Assembly (NCBI GenBank): GCA_903825575.1
Contig: CAIKAW010000031.1
Coordinates: 131,469 to 195,468, forward strand
Length of the DNA: 64,000 nucleotides
Source of the DNA: an uncultured bacterium
Lineage (GTDB): Bacteria > Actinomycetota > Actinomycetes > S36-B12 > CAIKAW01
Reading direction: 5' to 3'
Below the pieces are notes generated by a model. That model had not been told where the DNA came from. It saw only the letters and a program-made list of their open reading frames with translations, and did no database searches. Within the stretch, counting starts at the first letter, position 1, and every line of letters begins with the position of its first letter. Both the position numbers and the translations under genes were made by a program. Positions 27,882 to 37,587 of the stretch are shown one piece after another.

Positions 27882-29372
27882 ATGCCAGTCGCTGCAGCGC
27901 CCGCCGATCAGCTCCCTGTCGTCATTCAGGGGGGCATGGGAATGGGCGTGTCGGGTTACCGCATCGCACGCTGCGTCGCCCAAGCCGGGGGCCTTGGCGT
28001 TGTATCTGGAGTGGCCACCGACACCCTGCTCGCGCGCCGACTCCAAGACGGTGATGTATCCGGAGATTTGCGCCGGGCCCTAGCCGCTTTCCCCGACCAG
28101 GACCTCGTAGCAGAGGTGCTCGCCAAGTTCTTCCGACCGGAAGGGCGTTCGGGTGCGCCGTATCGGCCAATTCTTCGACTCGACCTAGGGCAGCGTCGGG
28201 CGGCTGTGCAACTCGTGGCTCTCGGTGCCTTTACCGAAGTTTGGCTCGCCAAGGAAGGCCACAACGGACCGATCGGCATCAACCTTCTGGAGAAGATCCA
28301 AACGCATCTGCCGGCGACTTTGGCCGGTGCCATGCTGGCCGGAATCGACGTAGTTTTGGTCGGAGCTGGAATACCCGCCAATTTGCCCAACCTGATCAAT
28401 GGGTTGGCTCGGTGGGAACCAGTGAGTTACCCAGTCGATGTTGCCGAAGCGCCTGCAGACTCAAAGTTCGAGGTCACACTCGACCCAGCGAGTGTTCTTG
28501 GTGCCCCTACCGCCCAGTTGCATCGACCGGTATTCCTGGCCATCGTCGCCTCTCACGTGTTGGCGCAGTACTTGGCTCGCGACCCGCTGACCCGGCCCGA
28601 CGGCTTCGTGGTTGAAGGGCCGGTTGCCGGTGGGCACAATGCGCCGCCGCGCGGCAAACTGACGTTGGACGACGAGGGTGATCCGATCTACGGACCAGCC
28701 GACGATGCCAACACCGAGAAGATGCTGGCAATCGGGCTGCCCTTCTGGCTGGCCGGCGGATACGGCACACCCGAACGTGTTGCGGAGGCGCTGTCCCTCG
28801 GTGCGGCTGGGGTTCAAGTTGGAACGGCGTTCGCACTCTCAAAGGAATCGGGCTTCCGCGGCGATATCCGCACCGCCTTACATAGTCGCCTTGCCGCTGG
28901 CGAACTTCGAGTGAGAACTGATCCGGCGGCAAGCCCAACGGGCTTCCCCTTCAAGGTCGCGAATATCCCTGGCACCGCTGGTCAATTAGATGTTTATGAA
29001 GCACGGATCCGGGAGTGTGATTTGGGCTATCTGCGGCAGCCTTATGTGCGCGAGAACGGAAACGTCAGTTACCGCTGCCCGGCCGAACCGGTCGATGCCT
29101 ATATCCGCAAGGGCGGCGACGAGGCGGCGACCGTGGGCTGCAAATGCTTATGCAATGGCCTAGCCTCCGACATCGGATTGGCTCAAGTGCAAGGCAACGG
29201 CGTACTCGAGCCAGACCTAGTAACACTCGGGGCCGATCTTGTAGGTGCGACAAGATTGCTCGCAACGAATCCTGCCGGCTGGTCGGCTGCCGAAGTAGTT
29301 CGCTGGCTCGACCCAAGTGCTAGGGCGTGCTCAGTTACTAACCGAATCATGGAGTCTGTGGCTGTCGTTTGA
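27882..29372 (+). CDS. Nitronate monooxygenase / 2-nitropropane dioxygenase-like FMN oxidoreductase
   Basis: 'VIQGGMGMGVS...LA.AVA.AGGLGVVSG' and 'GGHNAP' NMO/FabK-like TIM-barrel motifs. At 496 aa it is longer than typical NMOs. Confidence 0.7.
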   Translation: MPVAAAPADQLPVVIQGGMGMGVSGYRIARCVAQAGGLGVVSGVATDTLLARRLQDGDVSGDLRRALAAFPDQDLVAEVLAKFFRPEGRSGAPYRPILRLDLGQRRAAVQLVALGAFTEVWLAKEGHNGPIGINLLEKIQTHLPATLAGAMLAGIDVVLVGAGIPANLPNLINGLARWEPVSYPVDVAEAPADSKFEVTLDPASVLGAPTAQLHRPVFLAIVASHVLAQYLARDPLTRPDGFVVEGPVAGGHNAPPRGKLTLDDEGDPIYGPADDANTEKMLAIGLPFWLAGGYGTPERVAEALSLGAAGVQVGTAFALSKESGFRGDIRTALHSRLAAGELRVRTDPAASPTGFPFKVANIPGTAGQLDVYEARIRECDLGYLRQPYVRENGNVSYRCPAEPVDAYIRKGGDEAATVGCKCLCNGLASDIGLAQVQGNGVLEPDLVTLGADLVGATRLLATNPAGWSAAEVVRWLDPSARACSVTNRIMESVAVV

Positions 29373-29399
29373 CTCGTCAGCGCCGCAGTGATTGACTCC

Positions 29400-29645
29400 A
29401 AACACAATTGAACACTGGGTACGAATCTAGGGGAAGCCGGTCAAAATCCGGCGCTGTCCCGCAACCGTGGTTTGGCTAACTGCCAAAGAGTCGGAGCACC
29501 TGGCGTATCTGTTTGGCTCTTACCGTCGCGGTTTACGGGGCAGAGCCCGGATCCTTCGGATCTGCGATCACCTTCGCAAAATTGCAGGGGGCGATTGCGC
29601 TTCGAACCGGCACCTGTTCGGTGGACCCCAAACTTTGGGGATCTA
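29400..29645 (+). promoter_or_regulatory. Cobalamin (B12) riboswitch with a putative SD-sequestering expression platform
   Basis: Core 'AGGGGAAGCCGGTCAAAATCCGGCGCTGTCCCGCAACCGTGG' and a B12-box-like 'AGAGTCGGAGCACCTGGC'. A hairpin CCCCAAA/TTTGGGG at 29626-29640 overlaps the GGGGA Shine-Dalgarno of the ATG at 29646. Confidence 0.85.
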
Positions 29646-30797
29646 ATGCTCGTTTCTCTCGGTCGTTCCAGCGCAATTCGCGGCGTCGCGATAGCTGCGT
29701 CCTTGGCGGTACTCGGCGGGCTTGGTATCGCCCCCGCCGAAGCGCAGGCAAGCCTTACCAACGCAAATAGTGGTCGTCATGGACTTTTCGGTGCCCAAGA
29801 TCCCTCCTACGACGGAGTCTTCAGGCAGGGGTTGAGCATTCTTGGTTTACGGGCAAATCACATTCCTGTGCCCACGGCGGCTGTTAAGTGGCTACTTACG
29901 CAACAGTGTGCAGACGCGGGCTTTCAGGCCTTCCGTCCTTCCATATCAAGTGCCTGCCTCAAATCTGATCCGATCAACTACCGCGGCGAGGACACAAATT
30001 CAACGGCCCTAGCAGTTGCGGCGCTGTCCTACGTGTGGCAGGCAAGCACGACTTCACAGACCGATGCCAGACTTCTCGCGCGCAAGCGTGCGATTGCCTG
30101 GCTTGCGGCGCATCAAAACCCGGACGGCGGCTGGGCTTACTACCCGGGGGGAACTTCCGATGCCAATTCAACGGGTCTGGTCCTTGCCGGATTGTCGGCG
30201 GCGGGCGTCCCATCCGGAACCAGGCACCGACTGAATGGCTCGAACGCCCTGCACTTTCTCGCCTTCGCTCAGTTGCGGTGTTCGGCGACAAGCGCCACGC
30301 GAGGAGGCATTGATTGGCAAGCCGAACGCCCGCTAGTTGCTAATGGCTCGGCAACCGCCCAATCGCTTTGGGGTCTTGCAACCCAAGGGATCGTCGCGCC
30401 CAAAACGCTTGCGTCTGGCACCTGGTCAACAGCATGCGTTTCTGGGCACTGGGGGCCTGCGGTCGGTGTTGCGCAGGCGGCCGACAGTTTTCTAACTCGC
30501 ACAATTCTCGCGCACCACGGCTTCATTCCTTCACCATCCGCCGCGACCATCGACACCACGACCACCGCATTTGCGGTACTGGGACTCATTGCGATGGGTC
30601 ACAGTTCAAGTGCCGTAGTTCAGGCAGTGGCGGCACTAAAACGTGCGACGGCGAAGTTCGTTGTTGATCCGGCTCACCGTGGAGTACCCGGATCGCTGGC
30701 TGTGCTTCTTCTGGTCGCACACGCAAGTGGCTCTAATCCAAGCAGTTTCGGCGGAGTTAATCTGGGCAGCAGACTGCTGGCGACTCTCACACCGTGA
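29646..30797 (+). CDS. Secreted prenyltransferase/squalene-oxidase-repeat (alpha/alpha-toroid) protein
   Basis: Signal peptide 'MLVSLGRSSAIRGVAIAASLAVLGGLGIAPAEAQA'. Repeats such as 'HQNPDGGWAYYPGG' and 'DTNSTALAV/DANSTGLVL' are typical of terpenoid-cyclase-like toroid repeats. It sits directly behind the B12 riboswitch. Confidence 0.7.
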   Translation: MLVSLGRSSAIRGVAIAASLAVLGGLGIAPAEAQASLTNANSGRHGLFGAQDPSYDGVFRQGLSILGLRANHIPVPTAAVKWLLTQQCADAGFQAFRPSISSACLKSDPINYRGEDTNSTALAVAALSYVWQASTTSQTDARLLARKRAIAWLAAHQNPDGGWAYYPGGTSDANSTGLVLAGLSAAGVPSGTRHRLNGSNALHFLAFAQLRCSATSATRGGIDWQAERPLVANGSATAQSLWGLATQGIVAPKTLASGTWSTACVSGHWGPAVGVAQAADSFLTRTILAHHGFIPSPSAATIDTTTTAFAVLGLIAMGHSSSAVVQAVAALKRATAKFVVDPAHRGVPGSLAVLLLVAHASGSNPSSFGGVNLGSRLLATLTP

Positions 30798-31615
30798 GAC
30801 GGACGATCTGCGCGACTGTGCTGGCGGCGCTCATGGGCGTGGTCAGCACAGTCGTAGGTCTGCCTGCTGAAGCCAGCGGCTATCGCTATTGGAACTACTG
30901 GCAAACCTTCGCCAGTGGTGGAACTATGACGTGGCGATTCGCTGCTGCCGGCCCATATTTCACTACCCCTAAGGCCGACCAGTGGGTCGAAGGGTGGCGG
31001 TTCGAAACCTCGGACCCGTTCGGTCCGCTGCCTCCCCCGCCACGGGCCTCGGCTAAATACTCCGACCTCTGTCACGATGCTGTCGTCCCGGGCAAGTACC
31101 GCATTGCCATCGTTGTTGACTTCGGAATCTTGACCGATGTGCCAGCTGGCGATGTTCTGCCCCTCCCAAACCGAATGGTCATCTGTCGCTTGATCTCACC
31201 CGGTACGAATAGTTTCGCTGCACTACAGGACAGCGGTATCGAGCTACGAGCGAATCCGAGCAGCTACATCTGCGGGATTCACGGCTACCCACGAACCGAA
31301 TGCGCCGGCGTCGGGTCGGGCACTCCCTCACCTCCGCCTCCGATCCCAAGCGTCCCAGGCAACTCCGCTGGAGCGCCCACGCCCAACGGGTCCCTTTCTT
31401 CCAGCCCCCTGTCTTCGGTCTCCCCCGCAGCAAGTTTGTCGCCGCTGGCCCCAACACCGACGCCTACCGAATCTGCCAGCGTGGCCCCGACTCCTTTTCG
31501 GCCTACCCCCAATGCCTCACGAATCCAGCCTTTCTCAGCGATTCTGGCCATCCTGGCCCTTGCCGCGCTGGGGTATGCCGCCCGCCGCAGGTACCGTGCC
31601 GGACGCGACGTGTGA
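30794..31615 (+). CDS. Secreted, C-terminally membrane-anchored protein (SCO2322-like), Pro/Ser-rich stalk
   Basis: Signal peptide, 'GYRYWNYW' N-domain, Pro/Ser-rich linker, and a terminal TM followed by 'ARRRYRAGR'. Its start overlaps the stop of the upstream gene. Confidence 0.5.
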   Translation: MRRTICATVLAALMGVVSTVVGLPAEASGYRYWNYWQTFASGGTMTWRFAAAGPYFTTPKADQWVEGWRFETSDPFGPLPPPPRASAKYSDLCHDAVVPGKYRIAIVVDFGILTDVPAGDVLPLPNRMVICRLISPGTNSFAALQDSGIELRANPSSYICGIHGYPRTECAGVGSGTPSPPPPIPSVPGNSAGAPTPNGSLSSSPLSSVSPAASLSPLAPTPTPTESASVAPTPFRPTPNASRIQPFSAILAILALAALGYAARRRYRAGRDV

Positions 31616-31661
31616 TTGGCCATGTCTCTATGTCCTGTCTAATCCTTGACGCCTGCCCACG

Positions 31662-33557
31662 GTGCCGACACACTCACATCTCATGACACCCGCCCCGTTC
31701 GAGGTGCTTTCGATCGGGCGAGTGGGCGTTGACCTATATCCGACGACCGTTGAAACGGCCTTGGCGGAGGTCCCCGAGTTTGAGAAGTTCCTAGGTGGTT
31801 CGGCAACAAATGTGGCAGTAGCCGCGGCGAGACTTGGTCGCACGAGCGCCATCGTCACGCGAACCGGCGCCGATCCGTTCGGGGAATTTGTTCGCACTCA
31901 ACTTCGAGCCTTCAACGTTTCGGATCGGTTTGTAGGAACCTCCCCCGGCAACCCAACCCCGATCACCTTCTGCGAACTGTTCCCGCCGGACGATTTTCCG
32001 CTTTGGTTCTACCGAAGTGCGGATTCACCAGATCTGCAGATTGCAATTGAAGATCTTGACGTTGCAGCAGTGGCCAGCGCTGGCGTGCTGTGGTGCACCG
32101 CAACTGGGCTCTCAGTGGATCCAAGCCGGTCTGCCCATCACGCTGCCTTTGCCCTGCGCCGGCCAGAGCAATTCACCGTTCTTGATCTGGACTATCGAGC
32201 CGTGTTCTGGGAGTCAGAACAAGCCGCCCGAAATGCAGTCCTAGAGGCCCTACCAAAAGTTTCAGTGGCCATCGGGAATCTTGCTGAGTGCCTCATGGCC
32301 ACCGGCTACGGCGATCCGATCGAAGCCGCGAAGGCACTATTGAACGCCGGGGCGCAGTTGGCTGTCGTAAAACTCGGACCCGATGGTGCCTTGGCGATGT
32401 CAGCGACTGAAACCATTCAAATCCCTGGCCTAAGAGTTCGAGTACTTAATGGCCTCGGCGCAGGTGACGGCTTCGGGGGCGCCCTATGCCACGGCCTGCT
32501 CGCAGGCTGGAAGCTCGCCGAAACTCTGGCCTATGCAAATGCTGCTGGGGCCATCGTTGCCTCGCGGCTCGGGTGTTCGTCGGCCATGCCGACGGCTGCC
32601 GAAGTTGCCACTTTGTTGGACGACCCGCAGGATCCGCGCGGAATGCAGCTGACTTCGGTCGGAAGCCCCACTCGCGCATCGTCGAGCATCGACCTTTCGG
32701 CCCTGCGCGAAATCCGAGCTACCAACCCGCTGCGCATCAAGGAGTTGCACCTGCAGCGAACCAGACGCCCGCTCCTTGCCGGAGACGGTCGACTAATGCT
32801 GGTGGCAGCCGATCATCCGGCACGAGGGTCATTGGGAGTGCGTGACAATCCCCAAGCAATGGCCAACCGCGGCGACCTATTGCGACGGCTAGTCGAAGCT
32901 CTGTCCCGGCCCGGTGTGGATGGAGTAGTAGCTACGGCGGATGTCGTTGACGACCTACTTCTATTGGGGGCGCTCGATAACAAGGTAGTCATCGGCTCAA
33001 TGAATCGTGGTGGCCTGCAGGGGGCAGTCTTCGAGCTTGACGACCGTTTCACTGGATACCAAGCCGCTGGAATCTCGGCCGCGAACTTGGAGGGCGGCAA
33101 GATGCTTTGTCGCGTTGCTTTGGATGACGCAGGAACAGCGAGCACGCTCGTTGCCTGCGGCCAGGCGGTGACTCAGCTCAGCGAATTGGGTTTGCTTGCA
33201 ATGGTTGAGCCGTTCCTATCTCGTCGGGTTGGCAATCGCGTCGAACATGACCTGAGCGCCGCCGGGGTCGCCAAAGCCGTAGCAATCGCTAGCGGATTAG
33301 GCAGCTCGTCGGCCCAAACATGGTTGAAACTCCCAGCTATCGACGACTTGGCCGAAGTGATGGCGGCAACAACGTTGCCTACGCTCCTACTTGGCGGTGA
33401 TCCCACCGGCTCACCCAAGGCGACCTACAATTCGTGGCGCAGATCACTGGCGATCCAAGGTGTGCGGGGCTTGGTTATTGGGCGAGCAGTCCTGTACCCC
33501 CAAGATGGCGATGTTTCTCGAGCTGTCGATATCGCTACTGAACTAGTTCACTCGTGA
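31662..33557 (+). CDS. iolC: Bifunctional 5-dehydro-2-deoxygluconokinase (IolC) / DUF2090 aldolase (IolJ-type)
   Basis: N-terminal PfkB kinase ('GGSATNVAVAAARLG', 'GAGDGFGGAL') fused to a roughly 300-aa class-I-aldolase-like DUF2090 half. It lies upstream of iolB and iolD. Confidence 0.8.
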   Translation: MPTHSHLMTPAPFEVLSIGRVGVDLYPTTVETALAEVPEFEKFLGGSATNVAVAAARLGRTSAIVTRTGADPFGEFVRTQLRAFNVSDRFVGTSPGNPTPITFCELFPPDDFPLWFYRSADSPDLQIAIEDLDVAAVASAGVLWCTATGLSVDPSRSAHHAAFALRRPEQFTVLDLDYRAVFWESEQAARNAVLEALPKVSVAIGNLAECLMATGYGDPIEAAKALLNAGAQLAVVKLGPDGALAMSATETIQIPGLRVRVLNGLGAGDGFGGALCHGLLAGWKLAETLAYANAAGAIVASRLGCSSAMPTAAEVATLLDDPQDPRGMQLTSVGSPTRASSSIDLSALREIRATNPLRIKELHLQRTRRPLLAGDGRLMLVAADHPARGSLGVRDNPQAMANRGDLLRRLVEALSRPGVDGVVATADVVDDLLLLGALDNKVVIGSMNRGGLQGAVFELDDRFTGYQAAGISAANLEGGKMLCRVALDDAGTASTLVACGQAVTQLSELGLLAMVEPFLSRRVGNRVEHDLSAAGVAKAVAIASGLGSSSAQTWLKLPAIDDLAEVMAATTLPTLLLGGDPTGSPKATYNSWRRSLAIQGVRGLVIGRAVLYPQDGDVSRAVDIATELVHS

Positions 33558-33606
33558 TCGAACACCGCTTTAGTGACCGACTTACCCCACAGGATTCGAG
33601 GCATTC

Positions 33607-34500
33607 GTGACACAGTCGAACGAACTCGTGTTGCGCGCTGGCAACCCCGTATTTCGGTCGGGTGTGAGCACTTTGCTCGACATCACTCCGGAAAGCGCCG
33701 GCTGGGGCTGGACAGGCATGAAGGTGTTTGAACTCGAACCGGACGCCACGGTAACAATTGAACTTGTCGATGCCGAGTATCTGGTCCTTCCATTGTCAGG
33801 TTCGGGCGTAGTCCGCAGTGGGGGTACCGAATTCGAACTCGTCGGACGCACCGGGGTATTTGATGCGGTTTCTGATTTCGCCTACGTAGGAAGGGGAACC
33901 AGTGCCACCTTGACTTCGCCCACCGGAGGCAAGTTCGCGGTACCCTCCGCCCACACTCAGCGCCAACTCCCGTTCAGGTACGGGGCAGCATCGGCGGTGT
34001 CGGTCGAACTGCGGGGCGCCGGGACGGCTTCGCGCCAAGTAAATAACTTTTGTACGCCCGAAACTTTTGACGCGGATCGCCTGATTGCTTGCGAAGTAAT
34101 CACACCCGCTGGAAATTGGTCGTCGTTCCCACCGCATAAGCACGATGAGGATCGTCCGGGCGAGTCTGTGCTTGAAGAGATCTACTACTACGAAGTTGCT
34201 GCTGGACCTGCTGGCGAAGGAATTGGGTATCAACGTGTTTATGGGACCGCCGAACGCCCGATAGACGTTCTGGCCGAGGTACGAAGTGGCGACGCCGTCT
34301 TGATTCCTCACGGCTGGCACGGACCATCGATGGCGGTCCCCGGGTACAACCTCTATTACCTAAATGCCATGGCAGGCCCTGGTCTCGAGCGCGCTTGGCG
34401 GATCTGCGACGACCCGGCTCATGCCTGGGTCCGCGAAACCTGGCCTGGGCTCACCATCGATCCAAGACTGCCCATGTACGGCTCCCCCGGGGCGAAATGA
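33607..34500 (+). CDS. iolB: 5-deoxy-glucuronate isomerase (IolB)
   Basis: Cupin protein with 'NWSSFPPHKHDE' and 'EEIYYY' IolB signatures. Confidence 0.85.
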   Translation: MTQSNELVLRAGNPVFRSGVSTLLDITPESAGWGWTGMKVFELEPDATVTIELVDAEYLVLPLSGSGVVRSGGTEFELVGRTGVFDAVSDFAYVGRGTSATLTSPTGGKFAVPSAHTQRQLPFRYGAASAVSVELRGAGTASRQVNNFCTPETFDADRLIACEVITPAGNWSSFPPHKHDEDRPGESVLEEIYYYEVAAGPAGEGIGYQRVYGTAERPIDVLAEVRSGDAVLIPHGWHGPSMAVPGYNLYYLNAMAGPGLERAWRICDDPAHAWVRETWPGLTIDPRLPMYGSPGAK

Positions 34501-34623
34501 TCTAGCCGGTTTGGCCGCAACTGCATAAGTAATGACATATTGACTACCTGACCCATTCTCCGTAATCTGAAGGTGGCCCGATGGGTTAGTGGGCAGCGTC
34601 CAGCGACCTCAAGGGGTGCAGGT

Positions 34624-36480
34624 ATGTCGGGACTGCGGATGACCGTGGCCGAGGCACTTGTGCGCTTCCTTGCTGCCCAAAGGATCGAGACCGAAACTGG
34701 CTCGGAGCCCTATTTCCCGGGCGTCTACGCCATCTTCGGTCACGGCAATGCGTTGAGCCTTGGGGCGGCACTAGCTGACGTCGGCGATGCCTTGCCCACC
34801 CACCGAGGCCAGAACGAGCAGGGAATGGCGCTGGCAGCAGTCGCCTACGCCAAAGCTGCTCATCGTCGTCAATGCATGATTGTCACCACATCAATCGGAC
34901 CTGGTGCCCTGAATGTCGTGACGGCGGCGGGTGTGGCCATGGCCAATAGGTTGCCGCTCCTCGTCCTTTCGGGCGAGACCTTCAATAGCCGCCTGCCTGA
35001 TCCAGTCCTGCAGCAGCTCGAGCATTTTGGCGCTCCAGGAACGACCGCGAACGACGCGTTCAAGGCCGTAGTTCGCTACTGGGATCGCGTCACATCGCCA
35101 ACCCAACTGCTCAGCACGTTGCCACAGGTGATGGCCGCCCTGCTCGACCCCGCAGACTGCGGTCCGGTATTCCTCGCACTCCCCCAGGATGTTCAGGCCA
35201 CAGCTTTCGATTTCCCGGCCGCGTTCTTTGCCCCAACTGTTCACCGGATCCCTAGACCACGGGCCGATACCCAATCGATTGCCGATGCAGTGCAGGCGAT
35301 CCGAGGAGCAAAGCGGCCGTTGTTGATCGCCGGCGGCGGGGTGCACTACTCCCAAGCGCAAGCGGCACTGAGCGCTTTCGCCAATACCTACGGCATTCCG
35401 GTGGTCGAAACTGTTGCAGGCAAGTCGAGTTTGGTGGCCGATGATCCGGCCTGGGCTGGCCCGATCGGCGTCACTGGAGCCGACCCTGCAAATGATTTGG
35501 CCGCCGAAGCCGATGTCGTAATTGCGGTCGGAACCCGGCTGATGGATTTCACGACTGGTTCTTGGACCGTATTCCAAAACCCGCAGCTAACGGTCGTGGC
35601 GGTCAACGCCGCGCGCTTTGACGCGACAAAGCGCCGTTCCCTGCCAGTTGTCGGCGATGCGAGAGAAACTCTCGCCGAATTGACTGCGGGCCTTGCGGAC
35701 TGGACCGGGCCGGTCGACTGGCGCGATCGTGGAACCGCTGCAGCGGCACAAATCCGAGCGGACATTGCCGGCCGGACTGCGCCGACCCCAGGGCAGGTCG
35801 CGTCCTACGCGCAGGTCGTCGGGGTCGTGCACGACGTTGCGCTACCGCAGGACTACGTCCTAACAGCCGCAGGTGGCCTGCCAGGTGAATTGAATGTCAA
35901 CTGGCTAAGCAAGTCGGTGGGTAGCTTCGACTGCGAGTACGGGTTCTCCTGTATGGGTTATGAGGTATCCGGCGCTTGGGGTGCCGCCAAACAGGTTGCC
36001 ACCCGCGGAACCGACGCAACGGTATTCGCAATGACCGGCGACGGGTCGTACTTGATGCTGAATTCAGACATCTACTCGGCCGTCCTCCACCACGACCACA
36101 TGGTCCTTGTGGTTTGCGACAACGGTGGATACGCGGTGATCGAGCGGCTCCAACTCGGACATGGCGGACTCTCATTTCGCACCATGCTCGCTGAATTGCC
36201 AGGTTCAAGTCCTCCACGGGTAGATTTCGCCGCCCACGCCGCCGCGCTCGGCGCACAGGCCGTTCAAGTCAAAGATCTGACCGCCTTAAGAGACGCACTC
36301 GCTACCGCTCGCGCCACTTCGGGCGTCCACGTCATTGTGATTCCAGTGGCCGCGCAAACGTGGACCGAGGGTGGCGCGTTCTGGGAGGTTGGGGTCCCCG
36401 AAATCTCAAATCGATCTGAAGTGGACGAAGCCCGCGAACAATTGTTGAAAGGCAAACTTAGCCAACGGACGGTCTGGTAG
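34624..36480 (+). CDS. iolD: 3D-(3,5/4)-trihydroxycyclohexane-1,2-dione acylhydrolase (IolD, ThDP-dependent)
   Basis: Three-domain ThDP enzyme architecture ('GDGSYLMLNSD' ThDP motif). I prefer the ATG at 34624 with RBS AAGGGG over the GTG at 34573. Confidence 0.85.
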   Translation: MSGLRMTVAEALVRFLAAQRIETETGSEPYFPGVYAIFGHGNALSLGAALADVGDALPTHRGQNEQGMALAAVAYAKAAHRRQCMIVTTSIGPGALNVVTAAGVAMANRLPLLVLSGETFNSRLPDPVLQQLEHFGAPGTTANDAFKAVVRYWDRVTSPTQLLSTLPQVMAALLDPADCGPVFLALPQDVQATAFDFPAAFFAPTVHRIPRPRADTQSIADAVQAIRGAKRPLLIAGGGVHYSQAQAALSAFANTYGIPVVETVAGKSSLVADDPAWAGPIGVTGADPANDLAAEADVVIAVGTRLMDFTTGSWTVFQNPQLTVVAVNAARFDATKRRSLPVVGDARETLAELTAGLADWTGPVDWRDRGTAAAAQIRADIAGRTAPTPGQVASYAQVVGVVHDVALPQDYVLTAAGGLPGELNVNWLSKSVGSFDCEYGFSCMGYEVSGAWGAAKQVATRGTDATVFAMTGDGSYLMLNSDIYSAVLHHDHMVLVVCDNGGYAVIERLQLGHGGLSFRTMLAELPGSSPPRVDFAAHAAALGAQAVQVKDLTALRDALATARATSGVHVIVIPVAAQTWTEGGAFWEVGVPEISNRSEVDEAREQLLKGKLSQRTVW

Positions 36481-36482
36481 CC

Positions 36483-37568
36483 ATGAACCAAGCAACTGAT
36501 TCGCCCCTGCTACGCATGACACAGACCACACCAACGGCGCTCTGGAACGATTCGGCAAATCCAGTGGAACTTGCCAACGCAATCGGCTGGGGGGCCGTCG
36601 GCGCCACCTGCAACCCGGTAATCGCCCTTACTGCCTTGCGTGCGGATTTCCCAATCTGGTCGAAACGCATTCGCACCATCAGTCTTGAACGCCCACTGGC
36701 AACAGACTCGGAAATCGGGTGGCAACTAGTACGTGAGTTGTCCATTCAGGCAGCCGAACTGCTGCACCCACGATTCGTAGAACATGGCGGACGCAACGGC
36801 CGGTTGTCCATTCAGACTGACCCCCGGCTACACCGAGATATATCTGCCATGGCCGATCAAGCCGAGGAATTCAGTGGCCTCGCTGCCAACATCATCGTCA
36901 AGATCCCGGTAACTGAAACTGGGGTGGCCGCCATCGAAGAGGCCACCTTCCGGGGCGTCAGCATAAATGCGACGGTCTCGTTTACTCTGCCGCAAGCACT
37001 CGCAGTCGGAGCGGCAGTCGAGCGCGGACTGAAGCGTCGAGAGGCCGCCGGATTGCCAATCGGTTCAATGGGCCCGGTTTGCACGATCATGGTTGGCCGC
37101 CTCGATGACTGGGTGCGTCTAACCGCACAGCGCGATGGCGCTGCGATTGATCCTGCAGCATTCGATTGGGCCGGGGTGGCCGTCTTCAAGAAGGCCTACC
37201 AGATCTTCCAAGAACGCGGCTACCGAGTCCGACTACTCTCCGCCGCGTTTCGCAATCACATGCATTGGAGCGAACTTGTCGGTGGCGACGTAGTGATTTC
37301 GCCACCCTACGAATGGCAAGTACGGCTAAATGAAAGTGGTCTGGAGCCTGTCTCGCGGATCTTCGAACCGGTCGCGCCGGCAATCCTCGACGCGCTCTAC
37401 GCAGGGTCCAACGAATTCCGCAAGGCGTACGACGAGGATGGGTTGTCGCCAGCAGAGTTTGTCGACTACGGAGCAAGCAGGCGAACTTTGCGACAATTCC
37501 TGGCAGCCACCAACGAACTCGAAGCTTTCGTCCGGGATGTCACAATTCCTGACCCTGACGCGGACTAA
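36483..37568 (+). CDS. Transaldolase family protein
   Basis: 'LWNDSANP.EL..AI..GAVGATCNP' and 'VKIP.T..G' transaldolase motifs. Length is 361 aa. Confidence 0.8.
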   Translation: MNQATDSPLLRMTQTTPTALWNDSANPVELANAIGWGAVGATCNPVIALTALRADFPIWSKRIRTISLERPLATDSEIGWQLVRELSIQAAELLHPRFVEHGGRNGRLSIQTDPRLHRDISAMADQAEEFSGLAANIIVKIPVTETGVAAIEEATFRGVSINATVSFTLPQALAVGAAVERGLKRREAAGLPIGSMGPVCTIMVGRLDDWVRLTAQRDGAAIDPAAFDWAGVAVFKKAYQIFQERGYRVRLLSAAFRNHMHWSELVGGDVVISPPYEWQVRLNESGLEPVSRIFEPVAPAILDALYAGSNEFRKAYDEDGLSPAEFVDYGASRRTLRQFLAATNELEAFVRDVTIPDPDAD

Positions 37569-37587
37569 CTTCAAAGTCGAAGCGCCC

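Noticed and set aside
27738-28046. 103-codon N-terminal extension of the YjjI-like ORF
   Set aside because: The extension would overlap the divergent NMO gene start and is Arg/Gly-rich. The ATG at 27737 gives the canonical length of about 516 aa.
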